Assembly (NCBI GenBank): GCA_963704885.1
Contig: CAVPIB010000008.1
Coordinates: 32,001 to 96,000 of the forward strand
Direction of reading: 5' to 3'
Source: an uncultured Actinomycetes bacterium
Lineage (GTDB): Bacteria; Actinomycetota; UBA4738; HRBIN12
Length of the DNA: 64,000 bases
In this document: in pieces, positions 48,763-58,000 of the stretch
Layout: every line of letters begins with the position of its first letter
How positions within the stretch are numbered: position 1 is the stretch's first letter
Translations under genes and position numbers: made by a program
Notes under the pieces: model-generated
Told to the model about the DNA's origin: nothing
Seen by the model: the letters and a program-made list of their open reading frames with translations, nothing else
The model's database searches: none

Positions 48763-51083
48763 CCGACGTGCCGCACGGCTCTCGGGCCGTGACGTACCTG
48801 TGGCTGGCGGCGTCGATCGTGGGGATCGCCGCCGGCGCCGCCCTGTGGTTCGCGGACGAGCACGATGCCGCGAACGTCGCCTGGGCCGTCACTACCGCGG
48901 TGGGGCTGCTGCCGCTCACATGGGAGACGCTCGTGAGGCTGTGGCGCCGCCAGGCAGGCGTCGACCTCATCGCGCTCCTCGCCATGGCTGGGTCGCTCGC
49001 GCTGGGTGAGTACCTGGCGGGCGCGGTCATCGCGCTCATGCTGTCCAGTGGGCAGGCGCTGGAGACCTACGCGGATCGTCGCGCCCACCGGGAGCTGTCC
49101 GCGCTGTTGGACCGAGCGCCGCAGCGGGTCACGCGCTACGAGGACGAAGTGCTGGTGGAGCGTTCGATCGACGACGTTCGTCCCGGCGATCGATTGTTCG
49201 TGAAGTCAGGTGAGGTCGTGCCTGTCGACGGCGTGCTCTTGTCCGACGCGGTCTTCGACGAGTCGGCGCTCACCGGCGAGTCCCGCCCGGTCGAGCGCCT
49301 GCAAGGCGACATGGTCCGGTCTGGCGCCGTGAACGCCGCGTCCGCATTGGATCTTCGGGCCACGGCGATCGCAGCTGAGAGCACGTACGCCGGGATCGTG
49401 CGGCTGGTGCGTGAGGCCGAGGAGCAGAAGGCGCCATCGGTGCGGCTGGCCGACCGCTACGCGGTCATCTTCATCCCCGTGACGCTCGTGATCGCCGGTG
49501 CGGCGTGGCTCTTCTCTGGCGATCCGGTCCGCGCTCTGTCGGTGCTGGTCGTGGCCACACCTTGCCCGCTGATACTCGCCGTTCCGATCGCGGTGGTCGC
49601 CGGCATCTCCCGCGCGGCCCGCCGAGGGATCATCGTGAAGGGTGGCGGTGCGCTGGAGACCCTCTCGCGAGGAAGTGTGCTCCTATTCGACAAGACGGGC
49701 ACGCTGACGTCGGGGATACCCCATGTGAGCGACGTCGATGTCTTCGAGGCGCTCGAAGGCGACGAGGTTCTTCGCCTGGCGGCGTCGCTGGACCAGGTGT
49801 CGCCGCACGTGCTCGCCGCAGCGATCGTCCGAGCCTCGCGGGAGCGGCATCTGGAGCTGTCGTTCCCGACCGACGTCGTCGAACTGCACGGCTCGGGCAT
49901 AGAGGGGAAGGTAGACGGACACCACGTGGCGATGGGGAAGGCCGCATTCGTGGCCGGAGGCGCTCCGCTCCCTGCACGGGCCCGCGACGTCCGCCGCAGG
50001 ACCTCGCTCGACGGTTCGTCGTGCGTGTTCGTAGCAGTGGACGGGGTGGTGGCCGCCGCGCTCGTGATCGATGATCCGATCCGCCCTGATTCGCCGCGCG
50101 TGATCCGCACCCTGCGTCGCGCCGGCATCAAGCGCGTCGTCATGGTGACCGGCGACCACCCAGACGTCGCGGAGTCCGTTGGCGCCGCCCTCGGGGTCGA
50201 CCGCGTGCTCTCGGAGCGTGATCCGGCGGAGAAGGTCGACTCCGTGCAGATCGAACGCGAAGAGGGCGTCACGATCTTCGTGGGCGACGGGTTGAACGAT
50301 GCGCCCGCGCTCGCCGCCGCGGATGTCGGCGTGGCCATGGGGGCGCGAGGCGCGACCGCATCGTCGGAGGCCGCCGACGTGGTGCTGGTCGTGGACCGCC
50401 TCGATCGGATCGCCGAGGCGATCGCGATCGCGCGCCGTTCGCGCCGGATCGCCGACCAGAGCGTGTTCATCGGCATGAGCCTGGCGTTCGGCGCGATGTT
50501 CCTGGGCGCGTTCGGACTGCTCAAGCCCATCGGGGGCGCGGTGGTCCAGGAGCTGATCGACGTGTTCGCCATCTTGAACGCGCTGCGGGCGCTCCGCGGC
50601 GATGCGGCCCAGCGGCGGCCCGCACCCGGAACCAACGTGGGGGAGAGGTTCCTGGCCGAACACAAGGAGTTCTACCCCGAGATCCAGCGCATCCGGACCA
50701 CGGCCGACCGGCTGGGCGAGATGACCCCCGAGGAGACGCGGCGTGAGCTGGAGGCGGTCCGCCACTTCATCTTGGACCGTCTGCCCGAGCACGAAGAGGA
50801 GGAGGAGGCTGTCGTCTACCCCGTGGTGGCCGAGGCCATGGGCGGCGAGGACCCGCTCTCGAGCATGCACAGAGCGCACCTGGAGATCTCGCACCTGGGG
50901 CGGATCTATCAGCAGCTGATCGGCGAACTGCCCCAGGACGGTCCCTCACCCGACGATCTGATGGATCTTCGCCGCCTTCTCTACGGGCTGTACGCCATCC
51001 TGCGGTTGCATTTCGCGCAGGAGGAAGAGGCTTACGCCTGGCTCGCCTCCGACGAAGACTCTCCGGTCGCGGCGTCGCTCTGA
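48759..51083 (+). CDS. P1B-5-type heavy-metal P-type ATPase with C-terminal hemerythrin domain
   Basis: LTGES, VVATPCPLIL (PCP motif), FDKTGT, MVTGD, VGDGLNDAPALA, QELID; hemerythrin segment EH..HEEEEE..H..H..HFAQEE; GTGA overlap. Confidence 0.92.
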   Translation: MTDVPHGSRAVTYLWLAASIVGIAAGAALWFADEHDAANVAWAVTTAVGLLPLTWETLVRLWRRQAGVDLIALLAMAGSLALGEYLAGAVIALMLSSGQALETYADRRAHRELSALLDRAPQRVTRYEDEVLVERSIDDVRPGDRLFVKSGEVVPVDGVLLSDAVFDESALTGESRPVERLQGDMVRSGAVNAASALDLRATAIAAESTYAGIVRLVREAEEQKAPSVRLADRYAVIFIPVTLVIAGAAWLFSGDPVRALSVLVVATPCPLILAVPIAVVAGISRAARRGIIVKGGGALETLSRGSVLLFDKTGTLTSGIPHVSDVDVFEALEGDEVLRLAASLDQVSPHVLAAAIVRASRERHLELSFPTDVVELHGSGIEGKVDGHHVAMGKAAFVAGGAPLPARARDVRRRTSLDGSSCVFVAVDGVVAAALVIDDPIRPDSPRVIRTLRRAGIKRVVMVTGDHPDVAESVGAALGVDRVLSERDPAEKVDSVQIEREEGVTIFVGDGLNDAPALAAADVGVAMGARGATASSEAADVVLVVDRLDRIAEAIAIARRSRRIADQSVFIGMSLAFGAMFLGAFGLLKPIGGAVVQELIDVFAILNALRALRGDAAQRRPAPGTNVGERFLAEHKEFYPEIQRIRTTADRLGEMTPEETRRELEAVRHFILDRLPEHEEEEEAVVYPVVAEAMGGEDPLSSMHRAHLEISHLGRIYQQLIGELPQDGPSPDDLMDLRRLLYGLYAILRLHFAQEEEAYAWLASDEDSPVAASL

Positions 51084-53455
51084 GACCGGATCCCCTCACC
51101 GCCGCCGCCGTCTACGGCGTCGATCGGCTCTGGTAGGTAGCCGGCAGGTCGGTTGGGGAGGAACACGCGGAACGAGGCGCCGCCCCCAACGCGCTCCTCG
51201 ACCCAAGCGCTCCCGTCGTGCAACTCCGCGAAGCGCGCCACGAGGGCCAGCCCCACGCCCACACCGGGCGCGTGACGTGATGTGTCACCCCGCAGGAACG
51301 CCTCGAAGATCCGTTCGCGCTGATCCGGCGGAACGCCTGGGCCGTCGTCCTCGACCACGATGAGGGCGCCGCCCTCCCAGGGGAGCACCCGCACCCAGAT
51401 GCGCGCGGTGACCGGCGTGTGCTTCACGGTGTTGCCTAGCAGGTTCTCGACGATGCGCTCGACCTTGGCGGCGTCGACCGCGATCACCACGGAGTCAGCT
51501 TTCAGGTCGACCGCCCTGTCCGCTACCAGGTCGGAGTTGACGACCAGCTCTCGGACGAGTTCGCCAACGTCCGTCGGCCGGAAGAGCGGCTCCACGATCC
51601 CTCGTGAAAGACGATCCAGATCCAACAGATCCGTCACCAGGCGATCGAGCTTCCGGGCGTTGCGGGCGATGCGCATGGCCAGGTCTCGCGACTCGGCCTG
51701 CGACACGTCCACGTCTTCGCGGGCCATGGTGATCGCCAGGCCCAAGATCGCCGCGAGCGGTGTCCTCAGGTCGTGCGACACCGCCTGCAGGAACGTGTTC
51801 TTCATCTCGTCAACGACCCGCAGGCGCTGGGCCGTCTCTCGCTCCAGCTCCAGGTCGCCCTCCAACTCCTGCGCCCGTCGGTTCTCGGTGATGTCGATCA
51901 GAACGCCCTGCCAGTACTTGGGTTCGCCGTTCTCGTCCGTGATCAAACGAGCCTGGTCGTGCACCCACACGACCCGGCCGTCCTTGGCGATCATGCGATA
52001 CGTGGCGTCGTGCACGCCCACAGACTCTGGAGCGTGGGCCGCACGTTCGACGTCCTCGGGATGGACGAGTCTGTCGAACAGGTCGTCGTCGTCGTACCAA
52101 TCCTGCGGCGTGTAGCCGAGGATCGTCGTGGACTGCGGACTCATGTACAAGGTGTATGGCCTCTCGACCGAGTCGAGATAGGTGATGGCTGGCGTCTGCT
52201 CCACGAGGGCTCTGTATCGAGCCTCGGCCTCCGAGAGCTGAGCCTCGGCCTCCTTGCGCGCGGTGATATCGCTCATGACGCCCTGCCAGTACTGGGGGTT
52301 GCCCTCGTCGTCGCGAACCAGCACGGCTTCGTCGCGGATCCAGACCAGATGCCCGTCCTCCGCGAACATCCGATACTCCACGGAGAAAGGCTCCCCGGTC
52401 TCATCGACCCGCTCGTTCAGAGCGCGCACGGTCCCGCGGTCATCTGGGTGGATGCGACCCAACCAATGAGTGTCCGGGTCGGCCAGCCACTCCTCCGGCG
52501 ATACCCCAAGGATGTCGGTGACGCGGGCGTTGATGTAGGTGAGATCCAGGTCTCCCTCGCTGATGGATTCGGAGTAGACGATGGTTGGCAGTTGCTCAAC
52601 CAACGCGCGGTAGCGCATCTCCGTCTCCCGCGCGCGCAGCTCGCTCTCGCGCTGCTTGGTGACGTCGTACATGATCCCCTGCCAATAGATCGGCCGTCCC
52701 CGTTCGTCGCGGACCAGGACGGCCTCGTCACGGAACCAGGTCGTGGCGTCGTCCTCGCCGATCATCCGGTACTCGGCGCTGAAGGGCCGTTCCGCCTGCT
52801 CCGCCTGCAGGTACTCAGTGCGGACGCGTTCGAGGTCCTCGGGATCGAACCGCTGCCAGCGTGCGGCGGGATCGGCCATCCACGCGCCCGGGGTGAAGCC
52901 CAGGATCGTCTCGAGCTGAGGGCTCACGTACAGCAGTGGGCGGGTCCCGGTCTGTTCGTCCTCGACCGCCTCCAGATAGACGATCGCCGGCAGACGCTCG
53001 ACCACGGTCCGGAAGCGATCCTCAGCCGTCCACCGTTCGGCTTCCAGCAGTTTCTGCTTCGTGATGTCGACCATCAGTCCGCGAACGAGGGTGGGCCGGC
53101 CCTCCACGTCGCGGACCACGTGGCCGAGGTCCCGCAGCCACACGTCCGAGCCGTCTTTGGCTTGGAACCGATACTCGGTGTCGAAGCTCCACCCGGCCGT
53201 GGCGGCGCGCACGAACTGCGCTATCACGCGCTCGCGGTCTTCATCGTGGATGTGATCGGCCCAGAACGCGGGTTCTGCCAGCCACTCCTGCGGCGTGAAT
53301 CCCAGTATCTGGGTGGATCCACCGCTGACGAACGTGAACAGCATGGTGCGTGCGTCGGCCTCCCAGACGATCCCGTCCAGGTCGGATATCAGGCTTCGCA
53401 CCCGGCGCAGTTCGCTGCCGGGGCTCGACATCGGGGGGTGTTGAGCCATGTCCAC
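51032..53455 (-). CDS. Cytoplasmic sensor histidine kinase with four PAS domains (orphan)
   Basis: Four repeats ending DIT/DVT with HPDD/DG..VW motifs; H-box SHDLRTPL, N-box NLLGNTVKH, DDGPG, GVGVGL; no TM and no receiver domain. Confidence 0.92.
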   Translation of the reverse strand: MDMAQHPPMSSPGSELRRVRSLISDLDGIVWEADARTMLFTFVSGGSTQILGFTPQEWLAEPAFWADHIHDEDRERVIAQFVRAATAGWSFDTEYRFQAKDGSDVWLRDLGHVVRDVEGRPTLVRGLMVDITKQKLLEAERWTAEDRFRTVVERLPAIVYLEAVEDEQTGTRPLLYVSPQLETILGFTPGAWMADPAARWQRFDPEDLERVRTEYLQAEQAERPFSAEYRMIGEDDATTWFRDEAVLVRDERGRPIYWQGIMYDVTKQRESELRARETEMRYRALVEQLPTIVYSESISEGDLDLTYINARVTDILGVSPEEWLADPDTHWLGRIHPDDRGTVRALNERVDETGEPFSVEYRMFAEDGHLVWIRDEAVLVRDDEGNPQYWQGVMSDITARKEAEAQLSEAEARYRALVEQTPAITYLDSVERPYTLYMSPQSTTILGYTPQDWYDDDDLFDRLVHPEDVERAAHAPESVGVHDATYRMIAKDGRVVWVHDQARLITDENGEPKYWQGVLIDITENRRAQELEGDLELERETAQRLRVVDEMKNTFLQAVSHDLRTPLAAILGLAITMAREDVDVSQAESRDLAMRIARNARKLDRLVTDLLDLDRLSRGIVEPLFRPTDVGELVRELVVNSDLVADRAVDLKADSVVIAVDAAKVERIVENLLGNTVKHTPVTARIWVRVLPWEGGALIVVEDDGPGVPPDQRERIFEAFLRGDTSRHAPGVGVGLALVARFAELHDGSAWVEERVGGGASFRVFLPNRPAGYLPEPIDAVDGGGGEGIRSQSDAATGESSSEASQA

Positions 53456-53477
53456 GGCGAGTGTGGCGGTTCCGTCC

Positions 53478-55046
53478 TCAGGTTGCCAATGCGCCTCCGT
53501 CGGCGCGCGGGTCGCTGCCGACCTGGAACGTCCCGTCAGGCCTCCTCACGATCATGTGTGCGTGGCCGACGGCTTCGTCGACATCCCTAAGGTTCTCGAC
53601 GTGGAACCCGGCCTGCTGAAGCCGTTGCGTCGCAGCCGGAGCCATCCGACCCTCCGCGGTGGCCACCGGCGGGTCGTCCGCCTGGACCGTGAACCTCGGC
53701 GCGGCCACGGCCTCATCCGGCCGCATGCCCAGGTCGAACGTGCGGATCAGGTTCTGGGCGTTGATCTGGGGCTGCGCAGCGCCTCCCATGGTCCCCGCCA
53801 CAGCGGCGAGCCGCCCCTCGCGGTGGACCAGGACCGGCATCAAGGTGTGGAAGGGGCGCTTCCCGGGAGCGATCTCGTTCGGGTGTCCTCGTACGAGGGT
53901 GAAACAGCCTCCGCGATCGTGGGCGATGATCCCGGTCTCGGGCTCCAGGATGCCCGAGCCGAAGCTGTCCCACAGGCTCTGGATCAGTGACACGGCCCAA
54001 CCCTCATCGTCGGCAGTCACGAGCGCGATCGTGTCGCCGGTGCCACGCGGGCGCGTCGCCGTCCTCTGCGCGGCGCCGTCGCGGATCTCGTCGGCCAGTC
54101 CGGCCAGGTGCCCATCGTCGAGCAACGTAGAAGCGCGCACGGTCATGGTCGACGGATCGGCGAGATGCCGGTCGCGATCACGGGAGGCGGCGGCGAACAC
54201 GTGGGCCAGCGTCCCTACGTCGGACCCCATCGGATCGGGGTCGATCCCCAGGCGCTCGATGAGCGCGAGCATCTGGAGCAGCGCGAAGCCTTGGCTGTTG
54301 GGCGGCACGACCCGCACGTCCAGGTCTCGGTAGCGACCGATCAGCGGCGGTACCAGCTCGGCGGTGTGCGACGCCAGGTCTTGGGTCGTCATCGGGGAGC
54401 CGGCCGCGCGCAGGCCGGCCGCGTAACGCTCGCCCAGCGTTCCCCCGTAGAGGGTCCCGGGTCCTTCGGATGCGAGCAGCTCCAGCGAAGCACCGAGCGC
54501 CGGTTGCCGCAAGAGCGCGCATCGGGCGAGAGGCTCGCCCTCGGCGAAGAACACGTCGCGAACGCCGGCGTCTTCCTGCAACCGTGAGGCGTCGCGTTCC
54601 AGCGCCTTGGAGAGCGACCGCGGTACCGCCACGCCGCCATACGCGAGTGCGATCGCCGCGCCGAAAGCCTCGCCCCAAGGCAACCGCGCTCCTTCGTCGT
54701 GCAAGGCCGACCAGCCGCTGACCGCGCCCGGAACGGTGACGGTGTCGGGCCCGAAGTCAGGCATTCTCGCGCCGTGCGCAGCACGCAGCGCTCGTACGTC
54801 GAGACCGGCCGGAGCTCGCCCGCTCGCGTTGATCGCCACCGTCTGCCCGTCGGGCCGTTGCACCAGTGCGAACAGGTCGCCGCCCACGCCACAGTTGTGC
54901 GGGTAGCCGACCGCGAGCGTGACCGCGGCTGCGAGCGCCGCGTCGAGGGCGTTCCCTCCACGTTCGAACGCCACAGCCCCGGCCTCGGTCGCGGTCGTGT
55001 GGGGCGCTGCGATAGCCCAGGACGTCCCGCTCGCCCTCCGCTCCAT
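53478..55046 (-). CDS. ggt: Gamma-glutamyltransferase family protein (cytoplasmic)
   Basis: GGNALDAA, GVGGDLF, VTVPG, PPNSQG, GDT (nucleophilic Thr), FGSG, PGKRPFHTL, GTMGG, SDPRADG; no signal peptide. Confidence 0.92.
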   Translation of the reverse strand: MERRASGTSWAIAAPHTTATEAGAVAFERGGNALDAALAAAVTLAVGYPHNCGVGGDLFALVQRPDGQTVAINASGRAPAGLDVRALRAAHGARMPDFGPDTVTVPGAVSGWSALHDEGARLPWGEAFGAAIALAYGGVAVPRSLSKALERDASRLQEDAGVRDVFFAEGEPLARCALLRQPALGASLELLASEGPGTLYGGTLGERYAAGLRAAGSPMTTQDLASHTAELVPPLIGRYRDLDVRVVPPNSQGFALLQMLALIERLGIDPDPMGSDVGTLAHVFAAASRDRDRHLADPSTMTVRASTLLDDGHLAGLADEIRDGAAQRTATRPRGTGDTIALVTADDEGWAVSLIQSLWDSFGSGILEPETGIIAHDRGGCFTLVRGHPNEIAPGKRPFHTLMPVLVHREGRLAAVAGTMGGAAQPQINAQNLIRTFDLGMRPDEAVAAPRFTVQADDPPVATAEGRMAPAATQRLQQAGFHVENLRDVDEAVGHAHMIVRRPDGTFQVGSDPRADGGALAT

Positions 55047-55093
55047 GCGTTCGAGTGTGGCAGGTCGGCGTCGGGCGAGCTGGAAACGAGCGG

Positions 55094-58000
55094 TCAGGCG
55101 CGGCTGGTGAGACCTCGGTAGCCGTCGGTGAAACCGGCCTCGCGTAGGGGCTCGGCGAGCGGCGACTCGGTGGCTGGCGATCCGTCGATCCTGGTGAGCT
55201 CGATCTTCTTCAGTCGGCCGTCCTTTGTGAGTGAGGCGAGCGCGTCCGTCCAGCCGCCGGGGCTCATCCCGAAGGTGAGCAGGCTGCGAGCCCCTCGCTC
55301 TAGGAACGCGGCCAGGGCACCGTCCAGCAGCACCACGAAGGACCCGGCCTGGCGCGACGGACGTCCAGCTCCCTCGGGCCAGGGCAGTCCGGCGCCGAAC
55401 GGCTGCGCTGGATCGGTGGCTGCGAGAACGATCGCGGCCGATCCGCGCTCGTCGCTGGGGTCACGCATCGCCCGGAGCCGATCCACCGCCCCCGGGACGG
55501 CGAACTGCGCGGCGCCCAACCCGGCCACGAAGTAGCCGCGCCGGACCTTCCCCGAATCCTCCAGCGCCTTCAGCACGCCATAGACGCCGGCGAACCCGCC
55601 CGGTACCCCTTCGGCCAGCACGGCCTCGCGGGTGAGTACGCCGTGTCGATCCAGCAGCTGCAGCGCTCGGGCGTGGGCGATCTCCGTGGGGGTCGCCGCC
55701 GGTTGTAGGAGCGGGGCCACCAGGGACCATCGGCCGGCGCCCGCGGGTGGCCCCGCGCGGCGAAGCGCTCCCGGCCGGGCTTTGGCGCCGCCGCGTGGGG
55801 AGCGCGAGCGCCTGGCGACCAGGGCCCGCAGCGGTGCCAGCGTGTCGTTGGTGACCTCTCCGGCCCAGACCAAGTCCCAGAGCGCGCCGAGCACCAGGTG
55901 CTCATCGGCCGTGCCCGCGGCCTGCACCAGCTCGGGCCAGAATGAGGCGCCGCGATCTTGCAGGTGCCCGCGGATCGCCCGGTGGGCGTCGCCGTCCGGC
56001 GCGTCGTCGAGCGGCATCGGCGCCAGCGGCCGGATCTGATCGCGGAAGAAGAGCGAGACGCGTCCGTCGTCGGCGCCGAGCGCCCCCGCTCCTACCCACA
56101 CCAGGTCGCCGGCCGCGCACAGTGCATCCAGGTCCGCTGGGCGGAAGCCACGGACGCGTGCTGGCAGGACGTCGTGCTCCAGGATGGATGCCGGGATGGC
56201 CGCGCCCTGCAGCCGGCCGATCGCGTCGATCAGCGCGTTCGGTCCACCTGAGGGGGTCACGGCGCCCTGCCATGCGGGCAGGAACCTTCCCAGGGTGGCC
56301 GCGTCGACCGGTTCCACCTCCTTGCGGAGCGCGGCGAGCGACCTGCGCCGAAGCCGCCGCAAGATGCCGGGGTCGCACCACTCCCGCTCCACCCCGCCCG
56401 GGCGGAACTCTCCGTGCACCACGCGGCCCTCCGACTCGAGCGCCTCGAGTGCCCCCCGCATGCGTTCCGGGGAGGCGCCCATGCGCGCTGCCACCTGGGT
56501 GGCCAGGAAGGGCGCGTGGGTCCGGGCGTAACGGGCCACCAGCCCTTCGAGCGGTCGGTCGGTGGGCTCGGTGAACACCGCCGGGAGTCCGATCCGCAGC
56601 GCGACGCCCAGCGCGTCACGCAGCCGGGCCGCGTCCTCGATCGCCGCCAAGCGTGCCTCACCCGCCACGCGAACGCGGATCGCCCGCCCGTCGCCGAGCA
56701 GTCGTTCGATCCATGCCGACGGCTCCTGGTCTGCGCGCACCGCGATCTCGCGCTCGGTCAGATCGCCGACCGTCCGCAGGAGATCGTGAAGGTCGTCAAC
56801 GTTGCGCGCCCGGCGGCCCTCGATCAGGCCCTGAAGCTCCAACTCAAGCTCATCCAGCGCGGCGGGGTCTAACAGCTCGCGCAGCTCCTCCTCGCCCAGC
56901 AGCTCGCGCAGCAGGTCGGGGTCGAGAGCCAGTGCTGCGGCTCGTCGCTCCGCGAGCGGGGCGTCGCCTTCGTACATGTAGACCGCGACCCAGCCGAACA
57001 GGAGCGACTGGGCGAACGGCGACGCGTGTTCGGTGTCGACCGCCACCAGCCGCGTCCTGCGCGAGCGAAGGTCGGCCATCACCTCGCGGAGCGCAGGCAC
57101 ATCGAACACGTCGCGCAGGCACTCACGGGTGGCCTCCAGCAGCATCGGGAACGTTGGGTGCTTGGCCGCGGCCGTCAGGAGGTCCGCCGACCGTTGACGC
57201 TGCTGCCAGAGCGGCGTGCGTTGACCCGGCCGGCGGCGGGGGAGCAGGAGCGCTCGCGCCGACGCTTCGCGGAACACGCTCGCGAACATCGCCGTGCCGG
57301 GCAGCAGGCGCATCACCTCGTCCTCCACGTCGTCTGGATCGAATAGCAGGTCGTCGAGCGGGAGGTGGTCCTCGGCCTCGGGGAGGCGGATCACGATGCC
57401 GTCGTCGCTCCAGAGCACCTGCGCGCCGGGGCCGATCCGTTCGGCCAGTCGCGCCTCGATCGCCAGGCCCCAGGGAGCGTGGACCCGTTTGCCGAACGGC
57501 GAGAGCACGCACAGGCGCCAGTCGCCGAGCTCGTCGCGGAACCGCTCGACCACGATCGTGCGGTCGTCCGGGATGGCCCCGGTCACTTCGCGTTGATCGT
57601 CGAGATACCTGACCAGGTTCTCCGACGCGAGGGTATCTAGGCCCACGTCGTCGCGGAGCCGGCTAAGCGCCTCTTCGCGCCCAGCGGCCGCGACCTCGCG
57701 CGTGAACGTGCCCAGCGCGCGCCCCAGCTCGAGGGGGCGTCCCGGCTTGTCGCCCTTCCAGAACGGCATCTTGCCGGGCTCGCCCGGGGCGGAAGTCACG
57801 ACCACCCGCTCACGGGTGATGTCCTCGATCCGCCATGAGCTGGCACCAAGAACGAACACCTCGCCTCGACGGCTCTCGTAGACCATCTCCTCGTCCAGCT
57901 CGCCCACGCGTGTCCCGTCGGGCAGGAAGACGCCGAACAACCCACGGTCGGGGATGGTGCCGCCGCTCGTGATGGCCAGGCTCCCGGCGCCGTCGCGAGC

